Shown here one piece after another: positions 1-11,038 of a stretch of 27,476 nucleotides of DNA (its first letter is position 1; each line of letters starts with the position of its first letter). The stretch is from Bugula neritina. Taxonomy: Eukaryota > Animalia > Bryozoa. The stretch lies in contig CAXIUT010000088.1 in assembly GCA_964035545.1 (NCBI GenBank), forward strand, positions 1 to 27,476, written 5' to 3'. The notes under the pieces were generated by a model. That model worked only from the letters and a program-made list of their open reading frames with translations, was not told the origin of the DNA and searched no databases. Both the position numbers and the translations under genes were made by a program.

Positions 1-81
1 CCCAACCCCAACCCCAACCCCAACCCCAACCCCAACCCCAACCCCAACCCCAACCCCAACCCCAACCCCAACCCCAACCCC
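1..81 (+). repeat. Left telomere, (CCCCAA)n (C4A2, Tetrahymena-type)
   Basis: Perfect CCCCAA tandem array from base 1 to 81. Confidence 0.99.
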
Positions 82-159
82 TATCAAACACAATCATACT
101 TAATATCTCAAATATCATTCAATGCTATTGTAAAGATACTTTATCATTTAGAAAATAAA

Positions 160-2769
160 TCACGATATCAAATCATACTTGATAAAATTAGATATTCTAA
201 TAGGCTGATTTACTATAATTCTAAATCTACCTACCACCGGCCTATGATCACTTCCCGCCACCTTCACATCGCTATACCCCAAACACTCACAACTATGATC
301 CGGTTCCTCACTCGTCCAAAAAAGTATTCGATCACACCAAGAAGGAACTCGACTCTTCTCCTAGGTATAATTCCCATTATTCTTATCCAATTTGTAAGTC
401 GGAAGAAAGTTTATATCAGGCTACTAATAATTTTCTATAATATATGGAGTCCCCGGTTACCTACGAATTGATATCAGCTGATCCTGTTCCATCAGAATAT
501 TGACCACCTCTTTCTTGCGTTCCTCATTAGTCACACTTTCCAAAAGCTACTTCGTTTGGTTGTACTCCCCATTGATTCTAAAATTAAGATCACCATAAAA
601 AAACTTATAATCACTCTCCTATATTTCTGATTCATTTTGTACTCCTTCCTTACTCTGCTGAAAACACTTCTTATGAATCTGAATAAAATCATCCACTCGC
701 TCTTTGCTTTTAGAATGACCTGCAGTCAAATGCGCACAAGTAAAGCAAACAGTTGTCTAGTATATCTTTAACCTAAGAGTAATCGAACCTTTGTTTCCAA
801 ATTGACCTCCCATACCAGTTTTAACGGTGTCCTTTTGAACAGCTTTGATCGCATGTTTCCAAGAATCACTTATAAATATTATTTGCATCAAACCTACCAT
901 CTAGACCTTCTGCACAAATATCTTCTTGTCTTTTCCTGAATTTAATATTTTCTATAACAACTTTCCCCATTTCATAGAACTCTCACTTTATTATTCATTG
1001 TTACTCATTACGTTATTAGTACTCAACTCTATCATTTCTTCTATTCCAAAAACAACCAAGTCAGCACCTTCAGTAGCTTATACTACCTTTTCTAGTTGTT
1101 TTAGTTTTTAAGGATCAGTAGCATTGACATTCCAAGTTACTACGCAAATGTGAAATTCAACATTTTGCTTATTCTTAAGCATCGAATCCATTCTGTAGTG
1201 TTTATGATATAATACCAAATCAAGTGACTTCTGTTTCATTTCATCCATAAATTTCTGATTGTAAAGTCTTTGCAAGGAGATCAATGAGTCTGACAAGTCA
1301 TCTAAAAACTTATTCTTTTTAGCATTGACAGCTCGACTGCCAGTATAGATCATACTTTAGAAATCAGCCTTGTCTTCCCATATTGACTTGAATCCCACCA
1401 TCAACCAACTCATTTCCGACTGATCTCCCAAAAACAAGTCAGATATCAACGACCCAGAAGTATGCTCAGATACAACCTGTTCCTGCACCAACTGCTAATG
1501 CATCTAATAATAAAAAAAAGCCTGTAAAAATCGATTTGTTCTAAAAAGACAATCAAGACTATTAACCCGAATGATTCCTCTTTGCAAGCGTTTGATATCA
1601 TTAGTCAAGCAATTCCACTTAAAGAACCCAAATTATTTAAGCAATGGATCTATTTTACATAACATCTGGAACAACTCGCCTACAGATTAAGTATTAAACG
1701 CTTTATTGATATCAAAGTATATATATCGACAAAATGTATCTATAACTTATGAACTCTCATCGATGATCTGTTCAAATGCAGTAGTTAGTAAATTTTAACC
1801 TTAAACATTACGTTACAACAAATTGACCAATAACACACGTCCATAATCAGTTTTTATCGAATTCAAATGGTCCAATAAAGGTAAAGAAGTTAATTATTTG
1901 TTTCTAGTGAGTCGTATTTTATCATTTTGAAATTTTTGCTACCAAAATATAGGAACACTACCAGATATCGATACCAAACTTATTATTTCATCTCCTATTA
2001 CTAAACATTGCTCAGTTTAGTAATATTGAGCACATTTAGAATTCTAGTCAATTCCACGACTATAAAACCGAGTCCCAGAACGATACTTAGAACGTCTAGA
2101 TATCAGATAGTATTTAACCATTTTGTTACTCACAGTCAACTAGTATTTACCATAATGACCCTGCAAAACAGGAATTAACCACTCAAGAACAGTCTCATCG
2201 ACATTCAATGCTTTCAACATACCAGAATTCCAAAAGAACATATCTCTCGGTTTAGGTCTCAACTCAGTTCTCCATTTCTGAAAAGTTAAGGTTAGATCAC
2301 GACTAAATGAAAAATAAAAACTAAAATTGAAAATATCCTTTTTTATGATATTAGTACCTTATAAAGAACATCAAATACATCTCTCTGTCGATTGTTTATG
2401 AATTTGTTATACTAGATGTATCCGATCGATGCTATCTGGTAGACTGGAGTCTAGTCGGGAGGCAAACATGGCTGAAGATAGACATGTTCGACATAGACCA
2501 AAAAGTAGTCTCCTTCTATTTCTAGTACTCCTAGAATAAGAGAGGCAAATTTGATTTAAAAAGTTCCAGAAAACTAGAATTGTTTGGATTAATCTAACTT
2601 TTGTATGATATACCTTCAAATTGTACTGAGTTTGTTCTTTTGTTGATTAAAATTTGAGTTCTAAACTGTTCCTGTAAAGGAATAACCTGAATAGACAAAA
2701 TACTACTTGAATGAATTGAGATGAGTATACGATTTTAAACCTCTTCAAATTCTATTTTTATTCACTCAT
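160..2769 (-). CDS. Synaptojanin-like protein: N-terminal SAC domain (catalytic motif degenerate) plus inositol polyphosphate 5-phosphatase domain; 20-nt introns at 2687-2706, 2594-2613 and 2338-2357
   Basis: Read with UAR=Glu. SAC motifs: FYFSFSRDLT, ISRRSKYRSGTRFYSRGID, YY[E]TEQ, GSVPIFW[E]Q, RVNSLDCLFRTN. 5-phosphatase motifs: TWNVN, GNKGSI, CAHLTAG, FFYGDLNFRI, FLPTYK, PSWCDRILF, SDHRPV. TGA stop at 160-162. Confidence 0.92.
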
Positions 2770-2899
2770 TATAAATATGATATTAAGAAAAGGATGATGT
2801 CAATAAGAGGGTTGTATTTGAATGGATGTAGAAATAGACAGAAAGACAACAAAATAGATGGAAATAAGATGAATTATATATAAATAACTATATATTAGA

Positions 2900-2907
2900 G
2901 CGCCAAA
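2900..2907 (-). promoter_or_regulatory. Candidate E2F-binding site (TTTGGCGC)
   Basis: Exact match to the TTTSSCGC consensus in an AT-rich divergent spacer, about 40 nt upstream of the TXR1-like ATG. Confidence 0.45.
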
Positions 2908-2946
2908 GTAAAATGAATATAAATTAATCGTTCAAATAAGTATAAG

Positions 2947-4358
2947 ATGGGAAAACGTTCAAAATCACAAAAAAGAGCCATCAAACCTAGTATCAGAGAC
3001 TACCCTATCAGCAAATCCAAATCTTTCACCAACAACCTCAATAGCTTCATCAAAATGCTAAAAGAAGAACATAAAGAACTAACCTCCAGATAATATGTGA
3101 CTGAAATACACAAATTCGTTGATAAATACAAAGAAAAAAATAAAAAGAAAAGCTAACCTGTCGCCCACGCAAGACATAAAATCAAAATATGCAAATAATG
3201 CGATGGATGGAATGGAAATAACTGCATGTACCAGTGCACTCTCTGTGAAGACTACTATCATTAAAAATGTCTAGATTAGGATTCCAATTCCCTCAAGTCT
3301 TCTGGACTTTGCTAAAACTGCAATACAGAAAAGAGCGGGCAATTTGATAAAGAAAACTACCTGAATGAGTTACTAGAATAACATTGTCAATAGTGTGGTC
3401 TTTAAAGAGAAGACAGATAGGCATTCGCTCATTGTTTGAGATGTTCGCAAAGATTCCATAAGAAATGTTATGGTAAAAATGTGGTAGTTTGTATCAACTG
3501 CAAACATGAAATCGATGGTAACTATAATATAATTCAGAATAACTAAAACTTAAAAAACAGGTAAGACAATCTACTATCCTTGAATGGGCTAATTCTTCAA
3601 AAAAGAAAGAAATGGAATCTCCAATAACTCTCAACACATCAGCAGACACCCAAACTAAAATAAAAAACTATAAATATTAATAAGATACCAGATCACAACC
3701 TTTCAGATAAAAAGAACTCTTCACCAACTGCTTTGAAGATCTATCCCCTTAAGAAATAGATAAATACAAGTAGGCAATGATATTTGCTATCTTGGCCAAA
3801 AAGATGGAATACACAGAAGAACTAAAACCTATCGATTGCTCCCTAGATATCAGCAATTAGTAGAGTCTTGATTTTGGATTAGATCATATGACCAAAGCCT
3901 AATTAGATGTCTACAAACAATATAAAAAACAACCCATTGGACCCTTCAGATACGTATTCAAATAAGGAATGGGGTATGATGTAGTTGCAGATAAAGATAT
4001 CAAATAAAAAACATTAATATGTGAGTATCTTGGAGAAGTGGTTTCTTTGAGAAAGTGTATCGATCTTTAGACTGTAAGCAAGAATGATTCATTGATGGAA
4101 CTGAGGGCAGGTTATAATTCAGATGAAACTTTAATAATTAGACCAGATAAATACACTAACATGGCTAGATTTATCAATGGAATTAACAACTTCAAAAACG
4201 TGAACAAAGCAAATGTAGGCACCGTTCGAAAGCTAGCAAGAGGATATCCAACAGTGGTACTTTACACATTGAGAAACGTGAAGAAAGGAGAAAGTTTACT
4301 CTATGACTACAATGCTGGAACAACCAATTGTAAATATGATACATCTGGCTTTATTTGA
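2947..4358 (+). CDS. TXR1: TXR1/ATXR5/6-type histone H3K27 monomethyltransferase (two PHD fingers, PIP-like motif, SET domain); 20-nt intron at 3518-3537
   Basis: Two C4HC3 fingers (CK[E]C...CTLC...YH[E]KC...C[E]NC and CQ[E]C...CLRC...FHKKC...CINC). SET region LICEYLGEV, DSLMEL, PDKYTNMARFINGINN, GESLLYDYN...YDTSGFI* resembles ATXR5/6. A single 20-nt GT-AG intron joins the two frames. Confidence 0.9.
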
Positions 4359-4510
4359 ATGTTTAAATGATCGATAGAGATAAATATGATGAGAATACTC
4401 TTTATCAGTAATGAATATATGATGAGATATTTATGATGGTTTAGTTAATCAAAGAATTTATAATTTTGTTTATATATTAAATCAATATTTAAATTGATTA
4501 TTATTTCATC

Positions 4511-7155
4511 ATGAATTATCAACCTCACTTTTACAAACCATACTTATCTCAAGACTAACGACTTAAAAGATTCTATGCCTTGGAAGAACTTAAAGCAATT
4601 CAACCTTATTTTCTGAACATTTTACGACATCAGGATCTCGTCAACAACTTCACTAAATACAGCAACTAATTCTTATAGTCAGTGGTCTTCTAATATAAAT
4701 ATGGCAAACAGACCTTTGAAGATGATCTACAACTTAAAAAGAAGTTTTAATAGTTTTGCTATGAATTCAATGCTTGCTAACTTCAATATCAATAAGATTG
4801 TAGAGTTCAACAATAAAATCTTCAAGAACATTATATGGCGGCGCAATACTCTCAACTCCAAGACAATACAAACCCATACGGACAACAACAGCAAATCTAC
4901 AACCAAGGCTATCCCCAACAAAGCTATAACCAAGGATATCCCCAACAGCAGACACAAAACTATGGACAAGGATATCCCACACAAAATTACAATGAAAATT
5001 ATGGACAACAACAGCAACAAGGATATCCTCATGTATAAGGAAAAACCTATAGAGAAAGGAGAAATCAACCTGGAAACTAACAAAGAAGAAATAACTACTA
5101 AAACTATCAAAATAAAGGATAAGGATAAAGACCTGAAAGAGCATAAAGAGGATAAAGAAGAGAAAGAGGTTAAAAAGGATAATATAAAAAAAGATAATAT
5201 AGAGAACAAGGAAAAAATGAAGAACATTCTAAGAAACATCAACAAAAAGTTGAACCTGTTGTCTAACCTCCTCCTCCCCCACCAAAACCTGAACCAAAAC
5301 CTACAAAATTCACAATTAGTCAAATAAAAGATTTTATCAGTGCATACTCTAAAGAAGATTTGGAAAAACATGCAAATCCTGAAGTCGTAGCTAAAGCTAA
5401 AGAGATAAAAGAATGGAAATCTTAAGAAGTAGAAGTAAAATTAAAAGATGATTACAAACCATTTAACAAGAAACCTTCCAAAAATTAAAGAGAAGGAGAT
5501 AAAAGTCATGTAATCAAAACTGGAGTTAGAAGAGATGAAGCTAAGTAAGCTTAAAGACTCGGATATAAAACTCATACATAAAATAAAGTTCAAATTGTAG
5601 TTGGAGCTAAATAAACTCTTGAAACAAGACAAATGAAATAGTAAATTAAGAAAAAAGCTTATAACTTTGAATAAATCCAAAAATAAAGAGATCAAGGTTT
5701 AGATCAAATCTAAAAAGACAGAAGATAAATAGTGTTCAATCTTAACTTGATTGTTCCTGAAAATTTAAAAGACATTGAAAAAGATCTTTTACCTTTTCTC
5801 TTCAATAGTGAAGCTGTCTGTCAGGCATTGATCACAGAAATTATAAAAAAAGCTTGGGATCAACCTAAATATGCCAGTACATATGCCCAACTTTGCTACG
5901 ATTTCAGTAAAAAATCACTGGATAAGTTCAAATTTGAAATGAATAAAAATGACAATCCTTTTAAGTTTATGCTTATTGAAAAAGTACAACATTCTTTTGA
6001 TCAGAAAGCATAAAAATTCCCTGAATTTTAATCAAACTAAGATAAAGATATTTTCCTTAAAGATACTAAAAAGAGAATTCTTAGTAATGTTAAATTTATT
6101 GCTTAACTAATTCTTAGCAAAATCCTCAAAAAAAGAATCATCAAATATTGTATTTCACAACTTTTTGAATCTTTCCTCAACCACTACTATGCATTTATCC
6201 ATGATGCTAAAATATAAGATAGTATCTATGATTTCCATTATTAAGCTATCATCGAATTTATCTAGAATATTGGATAAAAGTATGAAGTTATGGATGAAAA
6301 AGATAAAGAAAAAGAGCAAAAAGCAGTAAACAATTATAAAGAAATCAAAGATCACATTGAAACTGTATTGAACGTTAAAAGTCCTCCTAATGCATAAACT
6401 ATCGAAAAGCTAGAATTATGTTCAGGAGATTAATACTTTTAACTTCTTGAATTTATCAACATGAATTATATGCAGAAAAAGTTTGCCAGACTAAGTGCTT
6501 TACTTCAAAACTTAGTTGAAAGAAGAAAAAATGGTTGGCAAAAACATTTGAGTACAGTTGATGGACCTAAAAAGTTAAAAGATATCCAAGATGAAGATTA
6601 AGAAATGCAAGGAAAAAGCAAATAAAACAAAGTAAATAAAGAAAAGATGTAACAATAAAAACTTGATAAGAAGGTGAAAGAATTATTCTAAGGATGGTAA
6701 ATGGACAAAAAATAATAACTCAGAGAAATCAGAGATATCTACAAAAAATACAGCATTTATGGATTCTATCTATCTTTCTTAAAGCAAGTTGCTGATTAAA
6801 AGAAAGATAATGTCATCAAAAGAGTAGCTCTGTTCCCCATAGTAGTCGAAGATTAAAGGTTCAATCCCAAAGAGTTCAACAAAGCTTGGTTTGAAGCTAT
6901 CAGAGTAATTATTTATTTATTTAGTATTTAGCTTTTGGTTCAGGAGATTTTCCTTTCTGTGGAGCTGCAATTGCAAAAATTTTGATGGTTTTGGTTGAAA
7001 AAGTTGGCAAACTTGAGAATTTCTATGAAAAGTTTGAAGACTAAGATGAAGAATTCTTCATGGAATAGATCTTCCAGAAATATCACCATTATTCTCAAGA
7101 CGAAAAAGCACTTAAGTACGTGAAGCCAAAGTCCAAATATTCAAAACTCATATGA
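4511..7155 (+). CDS. eIF4G-like MIF4G-domain protein with a Q/N/Y/G-rich low-complexity region; 20-nt intron at 6905-6924
   Basis: MIF4G signatures: LNLIVPENL, EIIKKAWDQPKYASTYAQLC, LIEKVQHSF, KRILSNVKFIA[E]L, LLQNLVERRKNGW, GPKKLKDIQ. Single frame from ATG 4511 to the intron; TGA at 7153-7155. Confidence 0.82.
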
Positions 7156-7198
7156 TATCATTAGTCAATCGATTATAATAATAGTTTTGATTCTGAGA

Positions 7199-9575
7199 TC
7201 AATCATTTTCTATCTCCTCTGAACTATCCTCCTCGTCGCTCCACTCCCACACCCCGATTTTATCCTCCTTTAGTACCGCCTCGAATTTTAGAATCAGAGC
7301 CCTCAACTTTGGATCTGCCTGTTCCGGATTACCTTTAACGATACCTCTCTCTATAAGTAATAAAATAATATTCTACTTATTTTTGTATGTAGAAACATAC
7401 TCTCCAGTCTCTTTCTTGAATTGATATTCATCTCCATCCATCAAAGTATTTCGAATTCGTTCAAGATAGCTCTCATTTCGGATAGGTTTAGTCAAATAAA
7501 GCTTAGCCTTTATACATTGTTTTTATATCAGTCTTAGATCTTCAGGAAGTTCTCTAAGATCCCCTTCCTCAACTGTCTGTTTATTGCCCCAATCAATAAA
7601 CACGACTTTTATTTTTTTAGTTTTTACTACGATATTATTAAAACTTACTTGATAAAATCAAAGCGCGGTAGTATTAATCATAATAAGGAGCAGCTACCAA
7701 AGATCCAGTAACCAAAAGATCTTTTGTTATTTTAGTAAGTTTTTTTGGAGATAACTTATCAGCGATCATATCAAGTGTTTTATAGTTACTTTAAGGTTGA
7801 ATACAAACAGTTTAACCATCTTAAACCCAAGAAAACTTTCCTCTGAACTTTTGGTTTTGCATCTCAAGAGGATCCACAGGTTAAAAATTAACTAGTTTAT
7901 CACTCCATAATCCTCTTTTTCCTTTCCTAGCTACACTTTATGCTTCTTTAAATTTTTATGGAACTCCTCCTTCTCTATCAGTATACACTAAAGATTCTTA
8001 AAGTAAAATTTCTTGAAGAGTTTTTCTTCCCTAAAAACTAACAATTCCAACAAAGTTATTGGTTTCTTTTTGATAATTAGAAATATTAACAAAAACTGAT
8101 CTTTTCTTTAACCTAGAATCATATAGGTCTTTATGATCTTCTTTCATCTTTTTAACCTAGTCAAGAAGAGGATTAATATTGTGACTCTGAATTCCTTGCA
8201 GTTTCACTTTTAAAGCTACATTTTTATCTTGTAACCACACTTTATAAGTTAGAAGATCAATCATTCCTTCAAGAACTCCAATTTCACTTTCTGTTAGTCT
8301 TTTTAACACCTCGTCTCTACGATAATAGTAGATATCTTATTTATGAGTATTAGGACCAGTTAAATCTTCAGGTCTATGAACTCCAATTTCTTTAGAATGA
8401 AGTCCTCTTCCTTTCTCCTTTGCTTTCTTTTCAAGTTCGGCTAGTTTGATACTCAAAATAGAGTTAGCAAATTCCTCTCGAATAAAGCCCCAACCTTGAT
8501 CAACAAGCATTGATTAAAAGTCTTTTGAGTCTTTAGCACGAATAAGAGAACCAGTTATATTCAGTCCTGAATCTTTGTGAAGATAAACATTAACCTCTTG
8601 ACCTATAAGCTGTTTTCTGGCAAATTATCGTGAATTAAATGCTCCTACTTCATCTCCGACTGGACATCTGACCATAGCTAATTCAAGTTTGACTTTAGCT
8701 CCTCCTTTTTTTGTCACTTCTAGTATGTATCCATCAAAAATATCACTAACTTAGCCTACAAAGTTGTTTTTTGCATAAATAAATGCTAAAATTTAGCAAT
8801 TGCGACTAAAAACTCCTAAATGAGCTTCTTTAGCTTCACTTTCAGCTTTCAAATAATCGGAATAAGATGCTCCTAGAGTAGCTAGACTAGCTGTATTAAT
8901 TATTCCCCAGCCTTCATTAAGAATTCTTAATTAAAGCTCTCGATTAAGAGATCCTAGCAGTTAAAATCTTTTCTTTACAAGATTGTAGATTGGTCTATCA
9001 ATGACAATTTTTAATTTAGAATTTTATTAAATAAAGCTAGCATAAGTATGTTCAGGTAGGCATTCGAAAAGAGTATTGATAGCTTTGAGTCTAATAGGTA
9101 CAAAATAAATTTTAGAATCTTTTTGAAAGCTAACTACAAGTTCTTCAGCAAGCCATTCTAGATTGCATTTAATTTATCCTCCTTTAGGAAAGAGTTTCAA
9201 CATCTATTTTCGATTGGTTTGCACATCAATTACAGCAATTGATTTCATCTTCTAATTTTTCTCACATTTAGATAATCTTGATTTCTGATCTGCATTGTAA
9301 ATTTTACTTTAATCCAACTCCTTCTTCACCACCTCCATTGCCCCTGATTCTATCTTTTCAGTCAGAAAAGCCTAGTTCATATAACGAATATGTGTTCCTG
9401 CCTTGTTGATAGTACATTAAATATTTTTTCCGATAAGATCTTCGAGGAAAGGTCTTGAAGCTGGACCAGGTATTATTTTGAATCCTTCAATAGGATACTA
9501 ATATGATTTTTTTTGAGGATCAGTTAGGAGGAGATTATTGTGAGAAGAGAGTGAAATAACTCTGAATTGTTTCAT
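7199..9575 (-). CDS. Tudor staphylococcal nuclease (Tudor-SN/SND1-like), divergent; 22-nt intron at 7627-7648
   Basis: Repeated SN motifs (SR[E]FARKQLIGQEVNV, LVDQGWG, EKKAKEKGRGLHS, A[E]SVARKGKRGLWS), Tudor motif YYRALI...VVFIDWGN, and C-terminal GVWEWSDEED. TGA at 7199-7201. Confidence 0.85.
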
Positions 9576-9838
9576 AATAAAAGAATATATCCATATCAAT
9601 TTTATATGAGCGAAAAGAATTAAATTCTCCTTAAATATTTTTTAAAAACTATTTGTTTATTTTTATACTAATCAAAATGAATCAAATAGGTACAATAACA
9701 TCATAGATTACTTTTTTTATATTATTTTTAATTATTAGGCAAAGAATAATAAGTTCTATATTTTTTCCCGATGATAAAACAATAATAAGTTAATCAGCTT
9801 AATATTAATTAAGTAGATAATTTCTCAACTTTTTCTGA

Positions 9839-10913
9839 ATGAATCAAGTCAAAACCTAAAATACAACTACTGTGACCTCTGGCCTTCGCAGTAAACTATC
9901 TTTTAATCTAGAAGCTAAGTCTCTTAGACAAAAGAAGCTCTTCTTGAAGAGAACTTTAACAAATACCTTTTAAGAAGAATCAAGTTAATCCTATTAAGCC
10001 GATAATTCAAAAAATTTAGAACTCTAAGAAGAAAAATAAAGAAATAAAAACATGAATTGGACCTAAAAAGAGTTTGCCGTCCTTGCAGAACTCATTAGAA
10101 CTGAAGGCTTTTCTTGGAAAAACTATACCAACCGTTTCGATAACATGTATGTCAATTTAAATTTAGATAAGAAAGTGTGATAAGAAAACAGTGCATCCAT
10201 AGGGTCAAGAAAACTACCAAGGCCTTCTCTTAGTTAAGTTCAAAGAAATCAAAAGAATTCAATAGCAAGCGGATTTTAAAAATATAACCTTTTTTATGAA
10301 TTAAGAAATAAAATAAAAAGAAGCTACTGAATATTCAAATATGGAAATAAGAAGTACAGATAAATTAATTTAGAACTTATATCAAGAATGGTGATGTATA
10401 AAGGCTCGAACCAAAAGAATTAAAAAATTAAATAAACCGATCAGCAAGATTAAATTCAATCAATATATAATGACTATATAGCCGTAGTTCAAGAAAAACT
10501 TTTATCTGAAAAGAGTTAATCCAAAAAGAAATCAGATGGATACCTTTCTGATGACTCATCTGTATTTGAATAATCAGCAAGACTTGAATAGAATCTTTAG
10601 ATTAAAAATAAAATATATTGGGAATAAGCTCTTCAACAAGAACAAAAAATGGTGGTTTAAACTCCTGATGCTTTGTAGAAAGCCATTCTAATCATGATAG
10701 CATCTTTAGTTTCCTTGAAAAAGAAGGAATGCTACAATTTTGTGGTTCTGATTCATAAGAAGTCGTCAATAAATAAGAAGAAAATAACTAAAATTGCTTT
10801 AAATGTATAAATTTTTATATTTAGTTGAATTTCCTTTGGACAATAATTTTATTTGTAACCTTTAATAAAATAAAAAAACAACCTAAATGACTTTAGAAAA
10901 GCCAAAAATATGA
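9839..10913 (+). CDS. Myb/SANT-like domain protein; 20-nt introns at 10147-10166, 10354-10373 and 10805-10824; C-terminal frame uncertain near 10670-10700
   Basis: NWT[E]KEFAVLAELIRTEGFSWKNYTNRF resembles a Myb repeat. An in-frame TGA lies directly before ATG 9839. The natural-looking C-terminus needs either a 26-nt intron (10675-10700) or a 1-nt indel. Confidence 0.6.
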
Positions 10914-11038
10914 TTTTATCATATTTTTTAATACTTAATGATTAAATATACATTTATCTTTCACAATTATTAATATTTAATACAAACAACCCAATTAGTA
11001 TATGTATTCTTTCATAAATAATTTCTATTTGGAATTAA

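Noticed and set aside
82-180. Short direct repeat AATCATACTT (92-101 and 171-180) near the left telomere
   Set aside because: It is an AT-rich 10-mer with no counterpart at the right end, so it is compatible with chance.
1680-1699. Apparent 20-nt GT-AG intron in the SAC domain; also candidates near 1800-1816 and 7351-7376
   Set aside because: The frame reads through with sensible protein sequence, and splicing would break it.
2805-2820. Tetrahymena Cbs-like sequence (AAGAGGGTTGTATTT; near-matches at about 18928 and 22012)
   Set aside because: The AAACCAACC core is not matched exactly, two hits lie inside CDS, and Cbs is normally removed from macronuclear DNA.
4701-5371. Long standard-code ORFs 4701-5327 (+) and 4727-5371 (-), and similar ones such as 24342-24725, 25428-25817 and 14056-14358
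   Set aside because: These are shadow or antisense frames of real genes read in another frame under UAR=Glu.
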